64,000 bases of DNA from a virus (lineage: Duplodnaviria; Heunggongvirae; Uroviricota; Caudoviricetes). The notes beneath the pieces are model-generated. The model was not told the origin of the DNA, did no database searches, and saw nothing but the letters and a program-made list of their open reading frames with translations. The DNA lies in IMG/VR virus record IMGVR_UViG_3300017971_000019, positions 1 through 64,000 of that record; one strand, written 5' to 3'. Every line of letters starts with the position of its first letter. The stretch's first letter is position 1. The position numbers were made by a program, and so were the translations under genes. Shown here in pieces: positions 56,501-63,503 of this stretch.

Positions 56501-59500
56501 AGGGTGACCGCAAGGCCAGCGCTTACAGGATCACTCCGAACTCGAAGCACACCGGGGCTGGTATCGCCTACGGCGGAACCGATAAGGTTGAGGGGCAGAC
56601 CCTCATCCGCAAGCCTCTGTTCGTGCGCGGAGCTACCGGAGGCAGGGCCCCAGAGGAAGCCTTCAAGATCATCAAGGGAGCCCCAGCGTTTTCGAAGCTC
56701 GAAGACCAGCTTTGGTCGATCCACATGAGCGACTACTCGATGCGCGAGTGGCCGGACATGATCCACGCGAAGGCTCGTGCAGAGAAGGCGGCGAAGGCCT
56801 ACTCCGAGGCTCGTGCAGAGCACGGCCAGGACTTCACGAAGTACGAGGACATCTACAACGAGTACCACGACGCCCAGAGGCTCTTGGCAACGACCCGCGA
56901 CAAGATCCAGACCAGTGAGATCGAGAGGGTCCTACAGGACTTCGGCGGCGACCCGTCCATGGCTCGCGACATTCTGGCCAACTCCAGGGAGGGCAACCAG
57001 CTTCGCTACGCGATCCAGGAGAACATCATCGCCCACGTCGTGAGGGACGAGGGCTTCGACGCTGTGGTCGGCTTCACGAAGGGCAAGAACGGAGCGAAGT
57101 TCTCCGAGGTCTTCGACGTTCGCGAGACCACGTACCCGGACACCGGGTATGTCCAATCTGACATCCACCCGTCATTCATCCCCGAGAGCGTCGGTCGCTA
57201 CCAGGTCGGGCAGAAGAAGGGCGACACGAGCACCCCAGAGTTCAAGAAGTGGTTCAGGAAGTCCACCATCAAGGACGGGAACAAGCCGAGGCCGGTGTAC
57301 CACGGTACTGGCAAGGAAGGATTCTTCGAGTTCGAGTGGCCAGAGCACGACCTCGGGTTCCACGTTGGGTCCAGGGCGCAGGCAGTCGAGGCCGGTGTCA
57401 CGAATAGGATCAGCAGGCTCAGCGAAGAGATGAGGGCTCTCCGGGCGGAGGCGCTTCCGTACGCACAAGCCGGGAAGGAAGTGCCGAAGGAGATCAAGGA
57501 CAAGATCGCCAAGAACGAGAAGGAGGCGAAGACGAGCGGGCGGATTCCTGGACAGGAGGGCTTCGAGGAACCACGCATGATCGAACTGTACGCTCGCGCA
57601 GAGAACCCGCTCCGTCTCCATGACGTTGGAGACAAGTGGGGCTACTACGCGTACGACTACCTACCAATCGGAAAGACCGTACAGGGCGGCAAGCCTGGGT
57701 TTACTCGCGAAGAGGTCCAGATGCTGAGGGATCTACCTAGGAGGTTCAGGCCGGCGGAGACAGTCAAGCTGATCAAGAGCAAGGGCTACGACAGCATCGT
57801 GTACAAGAACGAGCACGAGGGCAGGGTTTACGACAGAGCGACAGGAGAGCTAAAGTCCCGCGATGACTCCTACATCCTCTTCGACAAGAACCAGGTGAAG
57901 CAGACGAGCAACGTCACATGGGGAGAGGGCGGAGACTTCCGCTACCAGGTCGGGCCGAAGGGTGCTGGCAGCAACCTGAAGAGGTCACTGGAGAAGCTGG
58001 AGTCCACCCGCAAGGCCCGCAAGCCGATCAAGGGTGTGATGGACAGGAAGGCAGACCTCTCCCCTAGGTTGGTGAAGAAGATGGACAGGAAGGCTACTCC
58101 GAGGTTCTCGGTCGGAGAGGTCTCCGATGTCCTGCCGGAAGCGCTCAGGGGTATGCCCGAGATCTACAGGGACCAGTTGACGGACGCCCTCACCTCCAAG
58201 AGGTTCGAGGTCAAGATGACCGAGGACACGAAGAGTGACTGGAAGGGCACGATCTACCAGTACAGGCTTAGTCCGGCGCGTCCAAAGCACGCGAGGGTGG
58301 AGCCTCCGAGGTGGGAGGGCGAAGAGCCTAACGCCTGGTACGACCCAGAGATCGCGGAACTCAAGAGTACATCAGAGGGCGGGTTCCGACAGATCGGGTA
58401 CGACCTGAAGCCTGGCTGGACACGCAGCGTGGAAGACCTCACCTCTGGTGACGGTACGACCTACTTCCGTGGCATGAGCGCAGAGGAGTGGGTGGAGATC
58501 CAGCGCACAGGCAAGATCAGGTCACAGGGTGCCTACAACCTCGGTGACAAGCAAGTCGGCAAGACCTACTACTCGGTGAGCCCAGGACAGGCGGAGTCCT
58601 ACGCCGCCGGCTTCCAGCCGTGGCAGAGGACCCCAGCGCACGGGAAGAACGCGTACATCGTGGAGATCAGGAACCCGAAGAGGAAGGGCACCCTAGAGCA
58701 GGGTGATGAGCGTGGGGTTCCGGGCGAGATCAACGCCTCAGAGATCGTCAACGTGTACGAAGGCGTGCCGTATTACTTCAAGGACGGCAAGGTCGAGTAC
58801 ACGCCAGATACCGTCAGGGGGCCAGGTGGAGAGGGTTGGGTGAGCACCCACGTCGAGGGCTCTCGCTACTCCCCAAGCACACACGTTGCATGGCGCAAGA
58901 TCGATGGCGAGAAGGTAGCCAGGCTCCGCGCAGAGGCGGAGACGGTGACCCTCACGGACGGCGCGATGGCTGTCGAGCCAGCGGCCAGGTACGCGCTCTC
59001 AGAGGCTGGACGCAAGAGGCTCCGTGAGAAGCAGATGGAAGAGGCCAGGAAGATCGCTGGCGAGGGTGCCCTGGTCGATGAGGCGACGATGGAGAAGTAC
59101 TTCCGCGACGAGGCCTCCATCGCCCGCGAGGTCCACGACGACTTCTCCCGTCTCGGCTACAAGGAGAGCTTCGCTGACCATCTCAGGGCCATCAAGACGA
59201 ACGCCGACGAGTACTACATGAGGAGCCTCGACTTCACCACGATGTGCAGGAAGAGGTACGTCCTCGGCGCAACCATCGACGCCATCCAGCAGAAGCTTGG
59301 CCGTCCTCTCGACGCCAAGGACATCATGAGGGTGGGAGCCCAGATGAGGCTCCACGGCATTGAGACCGCCTGCGGTCCATGCTACGTAGAGTCGAAGCGT
59401 CTCCAGAACGCTGCCATCATGGAGCAGTTGAAGACCGGCTGGTACAGGCCAATGCCGAAGATCGACCCGAAGACCGGCAAGAAGATGCGCGATGACAACG

Positions 59501-62067
59501 GGAAGATCATCAAGGTCAAGACCTGGATTCCACCGATCCCGAAGAAGCTCCACGACAAGCTCCTCACCTCCGATGGCATCGCTGAGATCGCTGCGAACTA
59601 CCCACAGGAGCGCATCAAGATGGGCTACCTGTACGGGGACAGGAAGGTGAAGGCCCCAGAGGTGCGCGTCTCCTACAAGGGAGAGATCCTCAGCAAGGTG
59701 GACAAGGAGGGCGGGCTCACTGACGGAATGGTAGCCAAGATGAACAAGCGTTCCGGCCTCAGGTGGCAGTCCTGGTCGGACTTCGAGGTTCCGCACATCA
59801 TCGACGCCATGCAGGCAATCGCGGACATGCACCTACGCGGGCTCAAGGGCCACGCCTACACGAAGGTCCCCGAGTTCGTTGAGGTGCTCGCGCCTACCGG
59901 CCTGGCAATCAACATGAGCATGATCCCGAAGGACATCGGGATCAGGAACGGAAAGCTCTGGTTCAACGATGCCGAGTCCTTCCCGTTCGACTTCGGGCTC
60001 AGGATGAGGAAGAAGTACAAGAACGTGGGCTTCGAGACCATCGGCGTGAACGACGCGCAGATCAAGATGGCCCTGGCCGATCCTCGCATCGACTACGTGA
60101 TCCCGTACCACCAGTCCGGCCTCAACAGGAACTACATGAAGATGGTGGGCATGGGCAAGTGGCAGGACTACACGGGTGAGCAGAACTTCACCGTGCGCGG
60201 GACCACCAAGCAGTTGAGCACTGGCAAGTGGCAGGGCAAGGCCTCCAGCAAGAAGGTTCTCTGGGACGAGTACAAGGGCGACCTGAACCTCCTCGACAAG
60301 CTCGCGAAGGAGCGCGGCATCGATCCTCCGTTTGTGAGGATGAGGCACTGGAAGGGATACGAGAAGCTTCTGAACGACCGCCGCAGCTTCATCGAGAATG
60401 GCAAGGGCTACATCAACCAGGACGTGGTGAAGCCAGAGTTCGATATGCGTGCGATCAAGAGGATCATGCGCGAGTACACCCCACCAGACATCAAGCCTGC
60501 CGGCGTGGTCGTGGACGAGTTCGTGAAGGGCGAGATCCCAGCGGAGCCGAGGCAGAGGTACTCCCTTGGCCTACCGAAGAAGACGGAGGGCGTGACTAGG
60601 GGAGGCAGGACCGTCACCCCGAGGAACAAGCCTTCCCAGCCGGCTAGGAGGATCATGGAGCACATGGCTCCTAACCTCACCGGGAAGACGATCCTCGACT
60701 ACGGGGCGGGGTACGGGGTTGACCTCAAGCACTACGAGGGTAGCGGCATCTTCAAGGGCGTCCAGGGCTACGACCCGAACCACATGCAAACGAAGCCTCG
60801 CAAGGCAGACATCGTGACGAACACCTTCGTGGCCAACGTGCTGGAGCCCGTTGACCGCCATGCTATGCTTCGCTCCGCATACAAGCACGCGAACGAGGCA
60901 CTCATCGTGAGTGTGCGTGCTGACAAGATCCCCGGAACGCCGCACCTGGATGGGGTGATCACCAAGAAGGACACGTTCCAGAAGTCCTACAAGAAGGGAG
61001 AGCTTGTGAAGGAACTGGGAGAACTGTTCGGCAAGGAGAACGTCGAGGAGCTTCGCTACGGCGTCTCTGGGGCGCAGATGGCCATCGTCACGAAGCCGAA
61101 GGGGAAGCTGAAGGGCGAAGATCAGCCCAGGTTCTCGATCACGGACCCGGTCCTCGTCGCAGGCGGATCCGCAGGGCGCACCTCCATCCCAACCGCGAAG
61201 GTCACCGAGCCAGCATTCACGATCAAGGCGACCCCGAAGGAGCCGATCAGGTTCACGAGGGGTGACAAGGTGTACAGGCTGTCCGAGCGTGGAGTGGCCC
61301 GCCTCATGGGCGTCTCCGACAGCTACAAGCTGCCCGAGAACAAGGCGCTGGCTCGCACGGTTCTGGGGAACGGCGTCCCACCGCCGCTCGCAAGGGCCGT
61401 CGTGCTGCCGCTCCTCAAGGGCATCAAGAAGCCGACAGCCGTGACCCTCTTCTCTGGCGGGAGCCTGGTAGAGGAAGGGCTGAAGGATAAGGTCCGCTTC
61501 CTGGGCGGACACGAGATCAGCGCGGACATCGCCGGGGTGGCTCGTTCGAACGGACACAACACCCGCATCGTGGACGTGACGAAGGCTGACTTCTCGGACT
61601 TCGCAGGGGCTGACTGGCTCCACGCCTCCCCGGTGTGCAAGAACTTCTCGGCGGCGAAGAACCAGTCCGGTGAGGTTCCTCTGGACATCCGCTCCGCAGA
61701 GGCTGTGGTCAGGGCAATCGATCAGGTGGGGCCAACAGTGGTCACCATCGAGAACGTGAAGGGCTACCGTGGCTCGGAGGCCCTACAGTTGATCATCGAG
61801 AAGCTCAAGAAGGAGGGCTACAACGTGGACGCCGCCGTATACGACGCGGCTGACTACGGAACCCCTCAGCACCGCCAGAGGCTGCTCGTGAGGGCCATCA
61901 AGGGCAAGCTTCTTCCGCCTCCTCCGATGAAGCAGTCGCACGTCTCCTGGTGGGACGCTGTGAAGGATCTGAAGCACCCGCTCGATCCGAAGGGCCTGGC
62001 GGACTGGCAGAAGCGTAGGCTGGCTCCCCTGGAGCACATGATCGTGGGGGTGGGCGATGCCCCTTAG
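47590..62067 (+). CDS. giant multidomain 'polyvalent' virion protein (4825 aa) with several identified domains
   Basis: Uninterrupted ORF of 14,478 nt with coding-like GC at third codon positions. Its start follows the stop of the upstream gene after a 3-nt gap. Identified elements: an N-terminal tandem 23-aa repeat; a K/E/A/P-rich linker; an HEMGH zincin motif at nt 54946-54960; a possible ADP-ribosyltransferase motif set; a repeated GYD module; a class-I SAM methyltransferase at about nt 60640-60990; and a C-terminal C5-cytosine DNA methyltransferase at about nt 61430-61930 with motifs FSGGS, PVCKNFS, ENV and QHRQR. Confidence 0.85.
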   Translation: MAKLYLDPETGEEVTANEFRRRRARRQAASEGQPIADFMSPTRQLLGIPEPGTMFSTEEQKDVPEGHLSGYRKRKTYLDPATGEEVDEIEFRARKAKREREKEELDKNAAERKRAEEIAAKDREIAERVTQGIPFEPLRKLAASKPARLAMETATGLPRTIGLDFLLGPAESDVQLLGAGERAATRAGRKRGRAMMPTVGGGGVPGVPDIPTGLEADEDRYVTDLPTGVKELGDRTWASDLTQETIDKIKAIQLPGRNPFTDEPLAEGEQPYASVGGSVGVSPRVAEALRDPFIYNNEVEFSRTARWRSGIEEAIRPAMFGAGESFETAKDVALPAAVAYGAVRRPWHTIPAIAGIELMSILGEKGARAASQHLGEDEERMAQIGREIPMAPAGLKVGPALTKAGLRATSPLLGKAKTRKWLARGARTNNSRERSIDLEVQRVTGKTLLQTLRDVGRGAKWWTQERTTDGPFMAMRRELGARKDLAKGFQTPYARRGITQETAEKLRDLQDPRWRDKADWSQPVGERGDFLGWRANKQGKLEPVYAPASPVRTDAPPGPGRGVIYDQEGNVKDTYDLDAQGKPVGASGGVDVPEAVRRYAPMTAGYIAQGMTFSKWPLPLGRFAAGRFANLGARRLVSRMLEGVRRKKPARNVEAFDAEANEFVMVPEDALINNPAKYKTKGQGARILKERDALRKAREKEADQARKAKEKADAEAKKEQEKLQKAVEDAIKQAEAEQQSRQGMSSTLSPQEGSKIMEIMEHQVAVERVMKEMGVDRVEAERILKQRGDVTAPETPIESAKFKSGDITEADILKAAQDGATPEQLRAMREKLAQKGEPTKPAEPPKPEPPAEPVAEPAPTKPKAPEGEGGAETVESLGGTGHLSKGQLGAFRQRVEMGEDPVTVLKQINEYRRKKGQSVPESKPTEPAKAPPAEPPADTSLDRTSGTIRTRRKKQERDRNLGEDAPEDAAVFEPIVKGQEVGDGVRIGDTYVDVSGETPRTVRVEGQLDTRGKIRLHLVDAKTGDWVLGEPTNGHSFLKGLRKDIKDGLIEKPAERPTKPTAPKGGKSGKAQEPFDTTTPEGRAKAFAREGGPTDAEWNQMGGNIAKRAWLESQGKTGEPRMTGPTPEGLEGPAGKALSETQTPPTEKPSKGKGKKKKGKPRPGVIRKGDVVEFADGTRGIVKGKGRSGGLKVQVGETTRLATPDQVKKVEAKAPTPEERQAALDKVKELGEGNRGMLEREFYESGPEAAVILGTEKMGLEEPVVRSFIESLPETRPPATPAEAAVEITKGSFKGQKGVPIGEADAKGVTNVMLESGEVQPFKAGEFKVLRGSGKDADIAATIKKAEEDAGIEWGEPLKGPEKAPEAPGAPVEGKKAPEAGKPATGRRGAWSGLDAAVREGDQARASSIARGAVKDPEASAVVGGQGVRVGDVIESGPHAGKMVLEVQDGAVVQMTKKKFTGGGGRYQVGRVTTVGELTARRARPNYQGYYSQLERVLETPHVQETQVAHDWLRFLKKRKRGVTADELYWTGLEEFLKSKKPWERVTKGKLLQYLKDNKVELSEWRQGDIHQIDFNSPAQVDAYVRMWERRARESGVYTEQEVRNIGAAMRNDPMSRIDQLREDITKPEYGDYKEPGGTNYREFIVTIPSKSVPTPLRYRVESMDRSIPPEKKARVDELNEEKGALEAALVTEFGAVFRVRRGEPRVKPRHLKDKDRILEINKEIQKIREEGGELWTVESYWADNGVQAKSPGTGGTYKSKAEAKAAAEKLAKEKPTHGRLHAKWDAPHFSHLNAQGGILYHIRMTDRIDPATGEKILFAEEFQSDAAWDAKKKGVRKPNKAWQKDLERFNELSDRNREIRNKRDTSSLTKDEKRALKAEYERNSEEMQRINNKYGEHPGSGVRGFMGRKDVPTEMPYIESTNKWLDLATKRFIKMAVEEGYDQVRFTSGSMQTRRYDLSQRVDEVRWDPAEKRLEGYKDGENILNEYDVPAEKLADYIGEEPAARLRRAAQNWKEPDPLGGWGIEQARRPGEFYVIDPNGQYVYTREGKRDLFYGKDEARNYIEESIRESGDTVSQIPAISGQDLSMGSTGLAKLYDVMIPQSFNRVLKPFRTQGETIYRLEGDRLTKTVEGAKGPKLEEGQMGENSYTKRYEVREHPDQALANQGAMAIYDLGTETWARSTDPRMPIDPDLMAMRKRQGVTDTTGARANYFKSAADARRVASEMNLDYAHDRMADGVLSRFKYNVVDAKTGKIVRTVNEPWQTVDAVRELEGKSGREYVVEPAGETVHTIRIPDELKRQVEKEGFPQYKIGKEDLVETPITTEDVRMALPEALRPLLKRATRTETRPAGKGKGEVRADAKMGLRAGDWYIDTPHGGRIIIKQNGFIRIENPEQSLVGYSPEVIADVKAGKRGALGRMETPGQGPLVPKYRRKYGIDRDMQMRILNAGVIPHEMGHIFIDYFASPREKARIESWFREEMEAKGLEKYDELFAEGFREWFESYRWKKKPRNAVERVYKAIYEFVANVYDTFRPTIEGQYRKVAQGKPFKRGRHQDGWVGRTAKEAYQIAAREVGDSEANFMKWFKKSVANTQWDQMSKGQMGGLKLGKHPEGYPHYGHDKMPLELYHATIAKADFDAFKPGSRPRYVDPANPDADYGRGVDGMGIWFAEDAEFANSKLRFDWMAEDMRRGGPPPDHNAIRNPEGPIPEGGRIIPAYLSLQKPLFVRERRDLDYEVAKKWAQIEAKDPAKSAKAKKRSKKANKALLKVDRDVRNYVNELADKYAVPKGGGITFQDRLLIAYDRINAVERAKLMEYRRAGEKARLEAAIAEAEMTGNPEAYLQTLRRGDPKDIARAKKALQSEGYDGFLVGDDMGFGRAWVVFEGEQIKSSRANVGTYDPKNPEYRHMIEPERAKKLKTRKHLPTRREFAEAVQNTKGAAITEDGLIMELQRWQKPDQAGALSIRTGVFYLPKGDRKASAYRITPNSKHTGAGIAYGGTDKVEGQTLIRKPLFVRGATGGRAPEEAFKIIKGAPAFSKLEDQLWSIHMSDYSMREWPDMIHAKARAEKAAKAYSEARAEHGQDFTKYEDIYNEYHDAQRLLATTRDKIQTSEIERVLQDFGGDPSMARDILANSREGNQLRYAIQENIIAHVVRDEGFDAVVGFTKGKNGAKFSEVFDVRETTYPDTGYVQSDIHPSFIPESVGRYQVGQKKGDTSTPEFKKWFRKSTIKDGNKPRPVYHGTGKEGFFEFEWPEHDLGFHVGSRAQAVEAGVTNRISRLSEEMRALRAEALPYAQAGKEVPKEIKDKIAKNEKEAKTSGRIPGQEGFEEPRMIELYARAENPLRLHDVGDKWGYYAYDYLPIGKTVQGGKPGFTREEVQMLRDLPRRFRPAETVKLIKSKGYDSIVYKNEHEGRVYDRATGELKSRDDSYILFDKNQVKQTSNVTWGEGGDFRYQVGPKGAGSNLKRSLEKLESTRKARKPIKGVMDRKADLSPRLVKKMDRKATPRFSVGEVSDVLPEALRGMPEIYRDQLTDALTSKRFEVKMTEDTKSDWKGTIYQYRLSPARPKHARVEPPRWEGEEPNAWYDPEIAELKSTSEGGFRQIGYDLKPGWTRSVEDLTSGDGTTYFRGMSAEEWVEIQRTGKIRSQGAYNLGDKQVGKTYYSVSPGQAESYAAGFQPWQRTPAHGKNAYIVEIRNPKRKGTLEQGDERGVPGEINASEIVNVYEGVPYYFKDGKVEYTPDTVRGPGGEGWVSTHVEGSRYSPSTHVAWRKIDGEKVARLRAEAETVTLTDGAMAVEPAARYALSEAGRKRLREKQMEEARKIAGEGALVDEATMEKYFRDEASIAREVHDDFSRLGYKESFADHLRAIKTNADEYYMRSLDFTTMCRKRYVLGATIDAIQQKLGRPLDAKDIMRVGAQMRLHGIETACGPCYVESKRLQNAAIMEQLKTGWYRPMPKIDPKTGKKMRDDNGKIIKVKTWIPPIPKKLHDKLLTSDGIAEIAANYPQERIKMGYLYGDRKVKAPEVRVSYKGEILSKVDKEGGLTDGMVAKMNKRSGLRWQSWSDFEVPHIIDAMQAIADMHLRGLKGHAYTKVPEFVEVLAPTGLAINMSMIPKDIGIRNGKLWFNDAESFPFDFGLRMRKKYKNVGFETIGVNDAQIKMALADPRIDYVIPYHQSGLNRNYMKMVGMGKWQDYTGEQNFTVRGTTKQLSTGKWQGKASSKKVLWDEYKGDLNLLDKLAKERGIDPPFVRMRHWKGYEKLLNDRRSFIENGKGYINQDVVKPEFDMRAIKRIMREYTPPDIKPAGVVVDEFVKGEIPAEPRQRYSLGLPKKTEGVTRGGRTVTPRNKPSQPARRIMEHMAPNLTGKTILDYGAGYGVDLKHYEGSGIFKGVQGYDPNHMQTKPRKADIVTNTFVANVLEPVDRHAMLRSAYKHANEALIVSVRADKIPGTPHLDGVITKKDTFQKSYKKGELVKELGELFGKENVEELRYGVSGAQMAIVTKPKGKLKGEDQPRFSITDPVLVAGGSAGRTSIPTAKVTEPAFTIKATPKEPIRFTRGDKVYRLSERGVARLMGVSDSYKLPENKALARTVLGNGVPPPLARAVVLPLLKGIKKPTAVTLFSGGSLVEEGLKDKVRFLGGHEISADIAGVARSNGHNTRIVDVTKADFSDFAGADWLHASPVCKNFSAAKNQSGEVPLDIRSAEAVVRAIDQVGPTVVTIENVKGYRGSEALQLIIEKLKKEGYNVDAAVYDAADYGTPQHRQRLLVRAIKGKLLPPPPMKQSHVSWWDAVKDLKHPLDPKGLADWQKRRLAPLEHMIVGVGDAP

Positions 62068-62227
62068 CGAGTACTACGGCGGGAAGGGCGCAAAGGTCAT
62101 GAAGGACATGGTCAAGCGCTATGGCAAGAAGAAGGGCAAGCGGGTGTTCTACGCGACCCACAACAAGCAGAAGAAAAAGGACTCCGTGGCTGGTATGCTG
62201 GAGTCACACTTTGGAGGTGGACGATGA
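62057..62227 (+). CDS. small lysine-rich basic protein (56 aa)
   Basis: Open frame overlapping the stop of the giant gene. Under 60 aa, so absent from the ORF track. Confidence 0.35.
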   Translation: MPLSEYYGGKGAKVMKDMVKRYGKKKGKRVFYATHNKQKKKDSVAGMLESHFGGGR

Positions 62228-62376
62228 AGGGTAAGGGCAAGGCCATTCTGAAGGCCGGAACAGGCGGAGGCGGCAAGGGAAAGCCGTCCCTCGCAGCAAA
62301 GCCGTACGTGGGCAACAAGGGTGGTCAGGTCCGTTCGGGCAAGGCCTCCAACGCCAGCAAGTACTCGAAGAGGTGA
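62224..62376 (+). CDS. small Lys/Gly-rich basic protein (50 aa)
   Basis: ATGA overlap with the upstream gene. Confidence 0.35.
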   Translation: MKGKGKAILKAGTGGGGKGKPSLAAKPYVGNKGGQVRSGKASNASKYSKR

Positions 62377-62380
62377 CACC

Positions 62381-62956
62381 ATGCCAGCGCCACTGTTGAA
62401 CTCTGCATTCAGTGCAATCAGGTCAGGGATGTCGAAGGCCCCAGACATGTCTGGCTACGCTGGAGCCGGCGGCGCTGAGAAGTGGATGGCTGAGTCCGGC
62501 GGCAACATGGATCAGTACAACCAGCAGATGAAGGCCTACAAGGGTCAGGGTCAGGGGCAGCCGCCGCCACAGGGGCAGCCGCCGTCAAAGCAGGGCGGGC
62601 AGGGCGCGAGCTATGCGATGCCGAGGCCTGCGCCACAGAACGGACAGGAGCAGCGTACAGCGCCACCGCCTCCACCACCACCACAGCCAGGAGGTGGTGG
62701 AAGCTTTATGGATCGCTTCAGGAACATTGCGCAGGCTAGCGCAGGCTTGCCGACCTCTGGAGGGGACGCTTTGCTAAGCGCGGTCACAGGGATTCCTGGG
62801 CTTGGCAGCATAGCGAGTATGCTTGGCGGACTCTTTGGGGGTGGCCCGATGAGGGGCCCTTCTGCTGCTGACGGTCAGCGCATCAACGCTGAGAGATTGG
62901 CTGCGGCGCAGGGAGACCCGAATGCGCCACAGGGATACGGTGGATACGGAGGATAG
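62381..62956 (+). CDS. Gly/Gln/Pro-rich low-complexity protein (191 aa)
   Basis: The ATG at 62381 lies 4 nt after the upstream stop. ORF track (62321..62956, trimmed). Confidence 0.45.
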   Translation: MPAPLLNSAFSAIRSGMSKAPDMSGYAGAGGAEKWMAESGGNMDQYNQQMKAYKGQGQGQPPPQGQPPSKQGGQGASYAMPRPAPQNGQEQRTAPPPPPPPQPGGGGSFMDRFRNIAQASAGLPTSGGDALLSAVTGIPGLGSIASMLGGLFGGGPMRGPSAADGQRINAERLAAAQGDPNAPQGYGGYGG

Positions 62957-62958
62957 AA

Positions 62959-63126
62959 ATGAAGGGTTACAACAAGCACATGAAGACGGGCCAGCAGCCC
63001 TCGGGCTCCAGGATCAAGACCACCCGTCCCCCAGGCAAGGCCACCAAGGGCTCTCAGAGCAACAGCGCCAAGCCCAACATGAAGACCGGGCCGAACTACG
63101 GCGGGCCCCACGAGAAGGAGATGTAG
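62959..63126 (+). CDS. small lysine-rich basic protein (55 aa)
   Basis: Open frame immediately after the upstream stop. Confidence 0.35.
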   Translation: MKGYNKHMKTGQQPSGSRIKTTRPPGKATKGSQSNSAKPNMKTGPNYGGPHEKEM

Positions 63127-63128
63127 CC

Positions 63129-63503
63129 ATGGCGAATACGAAGAGGGGTCAGGCGGTCGAGTCCTTCGACAACATGATGAAGGAAGGCGTCAGAAAGAGG
63201 CGGGCGAAGACGAAGAGGGGCCAGGCGGTCGAGTCCTTCGACAAGATGATGAAGGAGGGCGTCAGAAAGAGGCGGAAGGGGCAGACCCTCTCCGAGTACA
63301 CCAAGGGGCTCAAGAAGAAGAAGAAGAAGCCGTCCCTGGACGAACTCTCCCTAGGCAGAACAAGCGTGTCCGACATGGCGAAGAGGGCGAGAAGGGGCGT
63401 CATGAGCAGCGGCGGTACGCGTGCCAAGAAGAAGAAGGGCGGCATGTCGATTGACGACAAGCTCAGGTGGGGCGTGTACAAGAGGAAGAGCGGTAAGTCA
63501 TGA
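63129..63503 (+). CDS. lysine/arginine-rich basic protein (124 aa) with a 24-aa tandem repeat
   Basis: TKRGQAVESFD(N/K)MMKEGVRKRR(AK/KG) appears twice at nt 63138-63281 with a 72-nt period. Also a KKKKKKP run. Confidence 0.5.
   Translation: MANTKRGQAVESFDNMMKEGVRKRRAKTKRGQAVESFDKMMKEGVRKRRKGQTLSEYTKGLKKKKKKPSLDELSLGRTSVSDMAKRARRGVMSSGGTRAKKKKGGMSIDDKLRWGVYKRKSGKS

Noticed and set aside
47590-62067. Considered whether the giant ORF contains a virion RNA polymerase, as in N4-like phages
   Set aside because: I could not find T7/N4-like single-subunit RNA polymerase motifs by eye (the DxxxxD/GS motif A, RxxxKxxxxxxxYG motif B, or HDS motif C). The recognisable domains are instead methyltransferases and a zincin motif. 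This remains open to a profile search.
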